From IMG/VR virus record IMGVR_UViG_3300035208_002606: a DNA stretch of 64,000 nucleotides; one strand, written 5' to 3'. The translations under genes were made by a program, and so were the position numbers. The DNA is from a virus. Taxonomy: Duplodnaviria > Heunggongvirae > Uroviricota > Caudoviricetes. The number at the start of each line of letters is the position of its first letter. Positions within the stretch are counted from its first letter, which is position 1. A model generated the notes under the pieces. The model was not told the origin of the DNA and did no database searches. It saw nothing but the letters and a program-made list of their open reading frames with translations. Below, one piece after another: positions 53,207 through 63,303 of the stretch.

Positions 53207-56200
53207 ATGGCTAAATTCGTAAACTTATTTTCAAAGTATCTTCCGACCCGTATGAAGGTCGCACCAAAAGGGGTAGACCTCTATCTTTCAGAAGACCTGG
53301 AATACACACCCATTATTCGCAATCGTTACTTGTCGGGAACACTTACTCCCGACTCTACGGAAATTTACTACGATTGCTCTGACGGGGTGGAAATTTTCAA
53401 GGATAAAGGGGTTGTCAAAATTGAGGACGAGTACATCAAGTACAATTCCATCGACAGAACAAACCATAAATTATACGACCTAGAGCGTGGGTATTTCGAC
53501 AGCGAAATAGCGACCCATTGTAACGATATTTTGTGGACGGCGGTATTGTCGGAAGATATTGACGCTTATACAACCATTATCCCTTTTACTTCCATTACCG
53601 ATTCAGCAAAAATTCCTTCGCAGGGAAAATTTGCCATTTATACGGATGTCAACGACCTTGAAATTATTTCCTATGCCGACTTCAATCAATACATCAGCGG
53701 CTATCAATTCACGAATGTTAGCAGAGGGTCGGGGACTGCCGCTTATCGACACGCAAAAGATTCCATCATCGAAGAATATGCCAACTTATTGATAGAACAA
53801 GTCGATTCCATCGAGTACGAACAGGGGCTATGGAGCCTGGCACTTGAATCGGATATGACCTGGGATGATGAAACGGCAACAATTACCGTACCATTTACAG
53901 CCCTGTTGGATGAAGAACTGATTCTCAGCGACACCTCTATCGATGTCAGCGGGGTTACAGGAACAGTCCCGACCCAAGGCTATATTCTTATCGGAACTGA
54001 AATTATTCGCTATGGGTATTATACTGCCGACACTAGCGACCCATCTAATACACTAGGAACTTTTTCAGAATGCATTCGAGGACAGTTCGGAACAAACGCA
54101 ACTAGTCATTCAAGTGGAAATACTATTTTCTTTCAACCCCCTCCTTATGGAGAATTTCTTATCGATGACGAATATATTCACTACTCTTATTATGTCGATA
54201 ATGAAGATGGAACGGGAACTTTTGGCTCCGAAAATTATCCTCTTGTTCGTGGCTTCTATGGGACCGTTGCCGATGAACATTCAACATCGACAATCCTGAC
54301 AGAACGCAGACACACGGAATTGGAAGCCGTGGGTATTTTCACAATCGGGAAGGAATACTTTAAGTATTGGAGCGTAGACGATGACCGCTTCTATGTCGAT
54401 AAACGGCCTGCCTTGAACGCCAAAACCTACTATCGAACGGGAACAGGAACGGAGTTCCAGTCCATCATCGAATCGCACGATATCGGAGCCTTGATAACCA
54501 CTTATCATTTTGACGATGAAAATTCTTACCTCATCGACTTCCTGCATTCAACCGCAGAGTATTTGGATTTTGCCATCAGCGCAAAAGCGGACATGTTGGA
54601 AAAATTCTCCGATGTAGACACGGTTGATTTTGACTATCTCACCTACATTGTTAAAATGCTTGGGGAAAATCTTGAGGATTATCAAAATCTTCCGTTCTTC
54701 GCAGCGGAAAACTACGACTACCGTGTGCGCCTCTTCACGAAGGAATTGGTGAACATCTACAAGGAAAAGGGACTTCTCTCAGCATTGCGCTTGTGGCAAA
54801 AAGTCATTTCTGAACCCTTAGAATCCTATCAAGACCTTTGGACGATGAACTATTGCAGTTTCTACTCCTTGCCTTTTCTTTCCCTGCTTTTGTATGATGC
54901 AGAAAGGAATTTTTATCCCAACAATGAAAACTTCTTTCGTCCGCAGATTTCAAAGGCTATACAAAAAGAGATAGCCGAATACTACGAAAACAAAGTTGTA
55001 CGAGACCCCAATACGGCAATCTCTTATCCTGTCAGCAGTTTAAAACTCCTTGTTCATAATTGGGATTACTTCGCCAAAGCAGACGATGAATTAAATACGG
55101 CAAGTGGAAGAAGTTTTGACGATAAAATCGTTCCCTGCGATACGCAAGATAACTTGGGAACATATTACGACAGGGTCAATGTGGAGTTGTTGGTTCGTGG
55201 GACATCAACCACAATTCCATTCCCCTACTATATCGAAGATTACGATGTAGACCTGTTCAAGTTTGAAGATGAATTAGACGCTTCAAAGAATGACATGCCC
55301 ACTTCTGAAACGGATTGTCTACCTATTACAACAGATGTCGGGCTTGTTTCTGATTACGAGGAAGAATGGATTTTGGACGAGTCGGCACTTCGGATTTACG
55401 ATTATTGCGACCTTGCGGATAGATTACGATGGATTCAAACCGACACAGGCGTACTGCACAACTTGACAAGCGACATCAGCAATGCTGAAATCGAACTTGA
55501 CCACAATACAACAGCAGACGAAACATCCATCGTTGTCAAAGTTACTGACGGAAAATTATACGACCCTGCGGAACATATTGAATCGAGCATAACCCCTGCA
55601 ATTGCCCCAAAGGGATTTGTCAAGTTTGGAAACGAAGTCATTTCCTATACAGGCATTAAGTTTTATGACGCACACACAGGAGTATTCACAAACAAGCGAT
55701 ATTTACTAACGGGTTGTGAACGGGGCGTGAAGAGTACGACAGCCTCAGCATACAAGCCGAATGTTTACGAAGGGAACGAACGGTTATTGAATGGCAGAGG
55801 CTTGGAAATCTTGGATGATTCAGTAACCTACAGACTCATCCTAACAAGAGACCCAAGAGGATACGAAGTTGAAGTTGGGGACAGCCTATATCTTGTTCAA
55901 GCAGACGGCACATACGAAATTTATACCATTACAAATCTTGCGAGCGAATATGATTACTGCGAAGAGACATATGCCTTTGGAATTGATTTTATACCTAGCG
56001 TGTCCACAACACCAACCATAGGCTCTGATGTCATTGCCCCGACAACTCATTATTCCTGCACGATTAATGAAGACACCGACACCATCACATGTACTTCACA
56101 CCTTCTGTCAGATAACGACATTATTTACTTCCTGAAGAGTTTCAGCGGGGTTAATGCCTATCAGGGATATTATGTCATCGTAGTGGATGCCAACACCTTC

Positions 56201-57205
56201 CAAATTTCTTTGACTTTTGGCGGGGTTGCAATCGCCTTCGCAAATGTGCAGGATACTTCCAATACTTACTTGTGGAATGGCACGAGAATTATTTCAACAG
56301 AAGAAGGTTATCAACACCGTTATTCTCTTTGTCAGCATTTGTTATGGAGATTAGATAACGAAGTCAATGCTAACGATATGCCTCTTGTGTACGGAATGAC
56401 AACGGCGCAACTCACAGAAAAAAAACTAGATAGTTACAAGGGAGTTGGCAACGGAATTATTTGGCCTACTCCGCATTTTAAATATGGAGTAAATATCGCA
56501 ACAACGGCAGGAGGCCTCTCTAACGATGGAGTTGTCAACCTCGTTTTAAAGAAAATCAAGCAGTATAAGCCGAAGCACACAGTTGCCGACCTGACAATTG
56601 TTGACCCTCTTGATTCGACTTCCGCTTGTCAGTTGGATTCGGTGGTTTCTCAGGAAAATTACGAGACGGAAATAATGCGAAGCGACATCTATACGAGAAT
56701 GGCAGGCATCACCAATTCATCAAGTTCGGCCCCTGCTGACAGTATTACTTGCCACAATCACGACTTGCATAACGGAGAAGTCGTTTATATCGAAGGGTCG
56801 AGCAGTCTGACTTTCGGAACGCCTTATTACGCAATCTATGTTGACGCTGATACGTTCAAGGTCTCGGCAAGTAGGGCGGGGTCGGAACCATTTGTGGTTC
56901 CGGGGGTAGCAGTAGCAATTGCAGGAACGGAAGCGGTTCATATCACTCAGGCTCCTGAAAGTCAATTCCGTATCAACCTTTATCCGATTATTGGAGACCC
57001 TGCGGCGAAATCTTGGGAACTGCCAATTATTACGCTTGATGAGGTTGTCGATTATGGGGCAAGTGCCAATTTCTCTTATACTTGGAAGGTGGGAACACCT
57101 GACGAAACACTTGTGTATTATGACATCTTCGAGGCCTATCCATACGGCTTGAAATTGGATGTACCATATCGAGTGAGAAAAAGATTTTTAACGCATGTGG
57201 AATAA
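53207..57205 (+). CDS. large baseplate wedge protein (gp7-like) with internal repeats
   Basis: Repeated I..E.I.Y...RG..GT.A..H units; P2 gpI-like segment (YKEKG); YKPKHT. Confidence 0.65.
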   Translation: MAKFVNLFSKYLPTRMKVAPKGVDLYLSEDLEYTPIIRNRYLSGTLTPDSTEIYYDCSDGVEIFKDKGVVKIEDEYIKYNSIDRTNHKLYDLERGYFDSEIATHCNDILWTAVLSEDIDAYTTIIPFTSITDSAKIPSQGKFAIYTDVNDLEIISYADFNQYISGYQFTNVSRGSGTAAYRHAKDSIIEEYANLLIEQVDSIEYEQGLWSLALESDMTWDDETATITVPFTALLDEELILSDTSIDVSGVTGTVPTQGYILIGTEIIRYGYYTADTSDPSNTLGTFSECIRGQFGTNATSHSSGNTIFFQPPPYGEFLIDDEYIHYSYYVDNEDGTGTFGSENYPLVRGFYGTVADEHSTSTILTERRHTELEAVGIFTIGKEYFKYWSVDDDRFYVDKRPALNAKTYYRTGTGTEFQSIIESHDIGALITTYHFDDENSYLIDFLHSTAEYLDFAISAKADMLEKFSDVDTVDFDYLTYIVKMLGENLEDYQNLPFFAAENYDYRVRLFTKELVNIYKEKGLLSALRLWQKVISEPLESYQDLWTMNYCSFYSLPFLSLLLYDAERNFYPNNENFFRPQISKAIQKEIAEYYENKVVRDPNTAISYPVSSLKLLVHNWDYFAKADDELNTASGRSFDDKIVPCDTQDNLGTYYDRVNVELLVRGTSTTIPFPYYIEDYDVDLFKFEDELDASKNDMPTSETDCLPITTDVGLVSDYEEEWILDESALRIYDYCDLADRLRWIQTDTGVLHNLTSDISNAEIELDHNTTADETSIVVKVTDGKLYDPAEHIESSITPAIAPKGFVKFGNEVISYTGIKFYDAHTGVFTNKRYLLTGCERGVKSTTASAYKPNVYEGNERLLNGRGLEILDDSVTYRLILTRDPRGYEVEVGDSLYLVQADGTYEIYTITNLASEYDYCEETYAFGIDFIPSVSTTPTIGSDVIAPTTHYSCTINEDTDTITCTSHLLSDNDIIYFLKSFSGVNAYQGYYVIVVDANTFQISLTFGGVAIAFANVQDTSNTYLWNGTRIISTEEGYQHRYSLCQHLLWRLDNEVNANDMPLVYGMTTAQLTEKKLDSYKGVGNGIIWPTPHFKYGVNIATTAGGLSNDGVVNLVLKKIKQYKPKHTVADLTIVDPLDSTSACQLDSVVSQENYETEIMRSDIYTRMAGITNSSSSAPADSITCHNHDLHNGEVVYIEGSSSLTFGTPYYAIYVDADTFKVSASRAGSEPFVVPGVAVAIAGTEAVHITQAPESQFRINLYPIIGDPAAKSWELPIITLDEVVDYGASANFSYTWKVGTPDETLVYYDIFEAYPYGLKLDVPYRVRKRFLTHVE

Positions 57206-57224
57206 ATAGATAAGGAGAATAAAA

Positions 57225-57749
57225 ATGGCTGTTGAAAGTACACAAATAGCAATTACTAAAGAGGGTCTTATTGATATCGCCAAACTAGTAGCAATTGGGG
57301 TTACGGAAGGAGAAGCAGGGACGACAAATTTTAAAGTGGCATACTTCCGTCTTGGTAGTTTAGGAAATGCCACGACCTTCGAAGCGGCAAAGGAATACAG
57401 AGACGAGTGTGAAGAAATTTATTATATGGATTACACCGCAGATGAATTTGATGATGACCACCCCACGACAATCGATAACAATATTACGGGATACTTGGCA
57501 ATAAATTCGATACAATATGTTGAAGCAGAAACGGTGGGGGAACTCGGAACGGTCGAAATCAGTTGCTATCTAATTCCAGGGCAGACGAACTCCTTGGGAA
57601 ACAATACATTCTTAAACAATGAAATCATGGTGTTTACTGGAGAAGGAACCGTTGATAATCCCTATCGGAGTTTTATTTACGGAATCTTCCCCGATATTAC
57701 CAAGGAAGCAGAATACGGAATCAACTTCACGATAAGTTGCCAATTTTAA
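57225..57749 (+). CDS. baseplate/tail collar protein
   Basis: ITKEG...YFRLG...NEIMVF; late box at 57201. Confidence 0.55.
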   Translation: MAVESTQIAITKEGLIDIAKLVAIGVTEGEAGTTNFKVAYFRLGSLGNATTFEAAKEYRDECEEIYYMDYTADEFDDDHPTTIDNNITGYLAINSIQYVEAETVGELGTVEISCYLIPGQTNSLGNNTFLNNEIMVFTGEGTVDNPYRSFIYGIFPDITKEAEYGINFTISCQF

Positions 57750-57762
57750 GTGAGGAAAAGTA

Positions 57763-59109
57763 ATGCCGATTAATTATTCCGTTGACGGAACGCAAAGTGC
57801 TAATTTTCACTACAAGTGCAGACTCATTTCCAACACTTTCAATAAACTCTTCTACAACATCCTCTCAAAAGGAGTCGTTCCTGAAAGTGGAACACCAACT
57901 ATCGTAAATACCAATGGAATCGAAGATGCGGGAGAAGAAGTTAAGGTTAAAATCCCATCAGGATTTTCACTCCTTATTTCTCCGAACAATCGCTATTCCC
58001 AAGAACAAACCATCCGCAATAATTTTTTCGCCATGACAGAAACGAATCGGAAGATTCTTGAAAGACAGGTATTGAAGTGTGATATCGTGAAGGACTTCTA
58101 TGTCTCACCTACGACAATGGCGAGTGGTTGGCTAGTGGCAGAATACAATTATTTGGAATTTCCTGACCTTGCTGTGAATTTTAATATTGTCAGCGACATG
58201 CCTACGGACAATCGTGTGATTATCGCACAAATCACGGTTTCGGGAGATTACATCTCTGCCATCGACTTTACCAATCAAAACAAGGCCATTCTCAATCCTG
58301 AAATTTATTACGAAATGAATCTCGACACCTTGAATGGATATCATGCAGGAAACTCTTCAGGATACATTCCTGTATCCAACGGAATCTTGTGCCAAGGCTT
58401 AAATACTGAAATGGTAAACGGCTATTCAGGATACGAGGCCGCACTTAAATGGGATATGAGTTCAGGATTAAATGCTGAATTTATGGGAGATGAATTCGGA
58501 GAAGCACATACAGCAGGAACTCTGAAAAATAATGTACCCATAAGCCTAGGAACAGGGGTTACAAATGATTATTTAAATACTGAATTACTAGGGGGTGAAA
58601 AATATACAACCTTGGCATGGAGCAATCACAAGCATTGGCTTTCTGATATTGTGGATGGGCCGAATGTAAATCGACCTGTCAATGTTAATGCCTTGAACCA
58701 CTTGACTTCATCATCGTTTTTGGAAGGAGCCTTTACCTTACCCAAGATTGAAGGGGAATGCTTCTTTGCTTACAACGATGCGGATGATACAGGGGGTAGA
58801 CTACGAATAGTTTCAGGGGAAGAATTGATTACGAAGAATTTACACGTTATTGACTTCGTCAAATCAAATAACAATGTCTTTTCCAAGAAGCCGCAAGTCA
58901 TGATTCAAATTTTGGATAATGGTGAAGGAACATACGATGGCTACTATATCAAAATGATGGCCTGCAACATCACCTACTCTAAATTCGAAGTATCCTATAC
59001 CATTTACAAGGCTGACGATGGAAATAATTATGTAGAACAACCTGTAGAAGATGTGTGGATTCATTGGATAGCATGGGGTTATACCGATGATGATACTTGG
59101 GGACTATAA
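57763..59109 (+). CDS. tail fibre-associated paralogue 1
   Basis: LNxE.L.G repeats; C-terminal H-type-lectin-like (P.V...F...W.A.G) domain. Confidence 0.6.
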   Translation: MPINYSVDGTQSANFHYKCRLISNTFNKLFYNILSKGVVPESGTPTIVNTNGIEDAGEEVKVKIPSGFSLLISPNNRYSQEQTIRNNFFAMTETNRKILERQVLKCDIVKDFYVSPTTMASGWLVAEYNYLEFPDLAVNFNIVSDMPTDNRVIIAQITVSGDYISAIDFTNQNKAILNPEIYYEMNLDTLNGYHAGNSSGYIPVSNGILCQGLNTEMVNGYSGYEAALKWDMSSGLNAEFMGDEFGEAHTAGTLKNNVPISLGTGVTNDYLNTELLGGEKYTTLAWSNHKHWLSDIVDGPNVNRPVNVNALNHLTSSSFLEGAFTLPKIEGECFFAYNDADDTGGRLRIVSGEELITKNLHVIDFVKSNNNVFSKKPQVMIQILDNGEGTYDGYYIKMMACNITYSKFEVSYTIYKADDGNNYVEQPVEDVWIHWIAWGYTDDDTWGL

Positions 59110-59111
59110 CG

Positions 59112-60458
59112 ATGAAAGCATTAAACAATAACACACAGGTGTTGAATATTCACTACAATCAACGCTTGGCTTCCGATGTCCTGAATAAGATTTTTTACAC
59201 CCTGTTCACGGCAGGAGTGATAGAGGCAACCTTATCAACCAATGCGAATATCATTACCATCGAATCCGTATCGTTCCTTATTCATCCCCAGAATCAACCT
59301 GATATCTTGGTTCGTATTGATACGACATTGCCGATTTCCATAACGAATAATTCTCCGTCCAATTCGTATTTGATTGCTCGTTATCGTTGGGAGAATGAGA
59401 ACACAGGTGCGGAATTTATTTTCACGGATGATGCTAACATTGTTGGCACGGATGTCATTCTCGCAGGATTAATTTTAGACAACACAGGTAATATTCTCGT
59501 TTTGAATTATGACGAGCAGGAAAGAGCGAGACTGAAGGTTATTCAGAAGGATACTGTTTTTCCGTTGATTTCCATGTTGGACGGGTATAGAGTGGGGCAT
59601 GAAGAGGACGAAATTCCTGTTTCGGACGGAGTACTCAATGTCAATCTGAACGCCGAATATTTCAACGGTAAAAAAATTACCGAATATGCCGTTGCGAAAG
59701 AAGCACCGATTGTTTTTTACAACGAAACGAGTTTTGAAGAGGTAATAGAAACCCCGACATATCCCTCATGGATGGATGTCGAAGCAGTTGACAAAGGCGA
59801 GGGCATTACAGCACAATACCTGAACGATTATTCTATTCAACCTCAAGACGGAACAACTTATCCTGATTTGACCGATAGAATCCCCGTTGCCAACACCATC
59901 CTGCAAAAAGAATTAAATGCTGGAATGTTGGAGGGATACGACTCCACCAAGTTCGCAAAAGAAGGACATACGCATACACTAGACGAACTTACGGAAGGAA
60001 GCGGATATTTTAATGTGGAGGGAATGTCGGGAACGAATCAAGCAGGCCCGACTTCAATTGAAGAGGCCGATATTACGTATCGGGAGATTACACCATTAGC
60101 ATATGACAAGTCCGTGGAACAGAAATATTCTCCGATTTACGAAACGGGAACTTTAACATTAAAAGGATATACTCCTGCTAGTGTTGTTTTCTCAAACGCC
60201 TTATTTGGTGGCTTGGGAATCAATAACCCTCGTATTATTCTACAAAGGGTTCCTGCGGCTGGGGAAAGTGCTGAAACAACAGCATCCCTAGGAAAAAGAA
60301 TTGCAAGAATTATGACCGTATCGGAAACAGGATTTACGGCTCAACAAATGGGAAGTATTCTCGAAGATAGTGGTGATTATATCAGAAGTGATGCCATTGA
60401 TGAGGATGCTAATCAGTATTATTATTTTGTAATAGGCGAGAAAATAGAGGTAGAATAA
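59112..60458 (+). CDS. tail fibre-associated paralogue 2
   Basis: Shared N-terminal domain and LNAE repeats. Confidence 0.6.
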   Translation: MKALNNNTQVLNIHYNQRLASDVLNKIFYTLFTAGVIEATLSTNANIITIESVSFLIHPQNQPDILVRIDTTLPISITNNSPSNSYLIARYRWENENTGAEFIFTDDANIVGTDVILAGLILDNTGNILVLNYDEQERARLKVIQKDTVFPLISMLDGYRVGHEEDEIPVSDGVLNVNLNAEYFNGKKITEYAVAKEAPIVFYNETSFEEVIETPTYPSWMDVEAVDKGEGITAQYLNDYSIQPQDGTTYPDLTDRIPVANTILQKELNAGMLEGYDSTKFAKEGHTHTLDELTEGSGYFNVEGMSGTNQAGPTSIEEADITYREITPLAYDKSVEQKYSPIYETGTLTLKGYTPASVVFSNALFGGLGINNPRIILQRVPAAGESAETTASLGKRIARIMTVSETGFTAQQMGSILEDSGDYIRSDAIDEDANQYYYFVIGEKIEVE

Positions 60459-62180
60459 ATGCCAGATAAAATCGGACAGGCAGGACAAGTTATTAATTTT
60501 AACTTCGTCAACAACTTTGTAGCAGAAAATTTGAATCGACTTCTGTATGCGGCCTTCACTCCAGGGGTCTTGAAGTTGGAGTATACCTATGTACACGATA
60601 GTGATGAAATTGAACTTACGGAATTTTCTGCCCTTATTCTGCCAAAAAATAAAAATTTTCTTGTTAAAGCCGACCTCCATAGTTCGTTGAAAATAAAAAT
60701 CGATGCAAACCCCTATCTTGTCGCATGGATGGATTGGATTGAACCGCCTTCAGGATTTGTCTACGACTCTTGGTATTATGGAACATCGGGATATTCATCC
60801 TATTCAGGATATTACGATATTCCGTGGATTGCCTGCACCCTAGATGCTGATGAAGATGAGTTCACCTCTGCTAATCACAATCTTGAAGCGGGGGATGTCG
60901 TGCGATTTTATTCAACCGTTGGCTCGTTATCGGCAGATGTAAATTATTATGTCGTGTATGTGGATACCGACACATTTCAGATTTCAGAGGAATCGGACGG
61001 AGACGCACTTGACCTGACTTTATCAGGTTCAACGCAATATCGCAAAATCAATTCCCATATCACTCGTTTTAATATGGTGTCTGAAGATGATTACGACCCC
61101 ACTTATCATGTTCTTTTGGGTGAGTTTAAATATGTGACGATTGGAAGCGTTGTGCATAGAGTTTTTGACACTCTTTATCAAAGTCGAGTGTATTTAAGCG
61201 ATAACTGTATCAACTATGACAAGGTGCAATGGTCAGGGGTCAGCGGTTGGGAAGGAGTCAGCGGATATTCGGGATATTCAGGACCAAGAACACTAGACGG
61301 CTCAAATTCTACCCGTATGGGGCTGTCAGGGTGGAGTGGAATTTCAGGAGTCTATGATGAGACAGATGGAACAATAGAACGCTATGTGGGTCATAATTCA
61401 GGATACATACCTATTAGTGATACTACTATCAATCTTGGACTTAATGCAGAAAAATTAAATAATATTCCTGCGGGAAACAATGACAACAGTATAGCGGTTG
61501 TCAATGGTGTTGTTTGTTCAAACCTTGTTGCCGCTCGACTCTTTTTAGACGGAGTTGAATACGGCCTTGGTCAATCGGGATTAAAGGGATATTCATCATT
61601 CTCAGGATATACAGGATGGTCAGGATTCAGCGGCGAATCGGGATACCGCTCTTATGTAAGCGGATATATTCCCATCAGCAACGAAATCCTGCAAACAAAA
61701 CTGAACGCTGAATATTTGGAAGGGTACGCTTTGGAAGACCTCAGCGCTTCCGACCACACTCATAATATTGAGTTCCTTGAAGATGGAACCGTATTTAAAG
61801 TGTTAACAGGAGTGAATGAGGACGGGTTGGTAACTTCAGCGGGTTTACAGGATGGCGTATTACAATACAGGCATCAGAGCCTTACCACGCCGTTTCGTTA
61901 TGACGGTCTTGTAGCGGCAAAGATGTTTGCCTTGGCGGGACAAATCGGCAGAGGCCAATCACAAGTCGTGAGTTTCAGGAAAGAGTTCTCCGAAAAGCCA
62001 AGAGTTTTTATTTTGAATAATGAGACGGATGAATGGAAAGCCGTGAACGAAGAAGATATTACAACAGTAGGCTTTGAAGTCAATTGGGAAGAGAACACAA
62101 AAAGCGATGGTTCGGACAATCTAGTTTCCGACACAACTGACTTCAGTTGCTATTGGATTGCAATAGGACAATTAGTCTAA
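60459..62180 (+). CDS. tail fibre-associated paralogue 3 with SGx repeats
   Basis: Shared N-terminus, LNAE repeats and SGY/SGW tracts. Confidence 0.6.
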   Translation: MPDKIGQAGQVINFNFVNNFVAENLNRLLYAAFTPGVLKLEYTYVHDSDEIELTEFSALILPKNKNFLVKADLHSSLKIKIDANPYLVAWMDWIEPPSGFVYDSWYYGTSGYSSYSGYYDIPWIACTLDADEDEFTSANHNLEAGDVVRFYSTVGSLSADVNYYVVYVDTDTFQISEESDGDALDLTLSGSTQYRKINSHITRFNMVSEDDYDPTYHVLLGEFKYVTIGSVVHRVFDTLYQSRVYLSDNCINYDKVQWSGVSGWEGVSGYSGYSGPRTLDGSNSTRMGLSGWSGISGVYDETDGTIERYVGHNSGYIPISDTTINLGLNAEKLNNIPAGNNDNSIAVVNGVVCSNLVAARLFLDGVEYGLGQSGLKGYSSFSGYTGWSGFSGESGYRSYVSGYIPISNEILQTKLNAEYLEGYALEDLSASDHTHNIEFLEDGTVFKVLTGVNEDGLVTSAGLQDGVLQYRHQSLTTPFRYDGLVAAKMFALAGQIGRGQSQVVSFRKEFSEKPRVFILNNETDEWKAVNEEDITTVGFEVNWEENTKSDGSDNLVSDTTDFSCYWIAIGQLV

Positions 62181-62210
62181 AATGATAAATAATAATATAG
62201 GAGTAGAAAT

Positions 62211-63290
62211 ATGAGTAAGTATGTTTCACCGAATGGAATTTCTGGAGTTTCGGGATATGAACAGTCTTTGGTTTTTCATTATCGTATGGATGTTGACCGT
62301 ACCATGTTTGGAAGATGGTTCGTTAATGTCTTTGACCACGGAGTTCTTTATTATGTTCCCGACCCTGATACTGATACAAGTCCTAGCACGGCAGGGGGAA
62401 CTGACATTACTATTAAAGCAGGAACTTCATTCCTTATCAAGCAGAAAGAAAGTACAGACGGAGATATAATCGCAAAAGGCGATATGGTGAAAGATTATGC
62501 CATTGATGTCAGCGGTTATGCTGCCGCTACTTATTCTCTTATTGCCATTTGGGAAAATGCGGCTGAAGAATATCGGGGCGTTGAATTTTATCTCTACACC
62601 GCCGCTGAAATAGCGGTTCTTGATGCGGCGGGATATAATTATATCAAGTTCGGAGAAGTTGTCATTTCAGGCGGGGTCATCGATTCCAACACAACTACCA
62701 ATCAAACCCAAGGTTCAATGTACTCAGGATTGGCAGGATGGTCGGGATATTCGGGAACTTCGGGATATTCAGGATGGTCAGGAAAATCAGGATGGTCGGG
62801 ATATTCATCTTACAGCGGCACGAGTGGGTACTCAGGCCCATCAGGATATAGCAGTCATTCGGGGTGGAGTGGAGAGAGCGGATATAGCAGTCCATCGGGA
62901 TATAGTGGGGTTAGCGGATGGAGCGGGGAAACTCCTAGCGTATCAGAATGTTTTATTGTTGCGGCATCAGATGAAATAACTCCTTTAACAACGGGAGAAG
63001 GAAAAACCACATTCTACATTCCGTATAATTTCACGCTATCAGAAGTAAAGGCTAGTTTGACCACATACGGCTCAAGCCAAACAATCGTTGATATTCAATA
63101 TACTCGTGGAGTAACCACGGACTCTATTTTCACGGTCAGGCCGACATTTGCGTCAAGTAGTTATTTGGCGGCGGCTTCAACATTGGATGTTACCGACTTT
63201 ATTGAAGACGATAGGATACGGGTGGACATCAATACAGCAGGAACAGGAGCCACGGGATTAAAAGTGTACTTAATCGGAACCAAATCTTAA
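62211..63290 (+). CDS. tail fibre-associated paralogue 4 with SGx repeats
   Basis: Long SG(Y/W/T) tract; C-terminal beta-sandwich ending GLKVYLIG. Confidence 0.6.
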   Translation: MSKYVSPNGISGVSGYEQSLVFHYRMDVDRTMFGRWFVNVFDHGVLYYVPDPDTDTSPSTAGGTDITIKAGTSFLIKQKESTDGDIIAKGDMVKDYAIDVSGYAAATYSLIAIWENAAEEYRGVEFYLYTAAEIAVLDAAGYNYIKFGEVVISGGVIDSNTTTNQTQGSMYSGLAGWSGYSGTSGYSGWSGKSGWSGYSSYSGTSGYSGPSGYSSHSGWSGESGYSSPSGYSGVSGWSGETPSVSECFIVAASDEITPLTTGEGKTTFYIPYNFTLSEVKASLTTYGSSQTIVDIQYTRGVTTDSIFTVRPTFASSSYLAAASTLDVTDFIEDDRIRVDINTAGTGATGLKVYLIGTKS

Positions 63291-63303
63291 CAAGGATTAA
63301 ATT

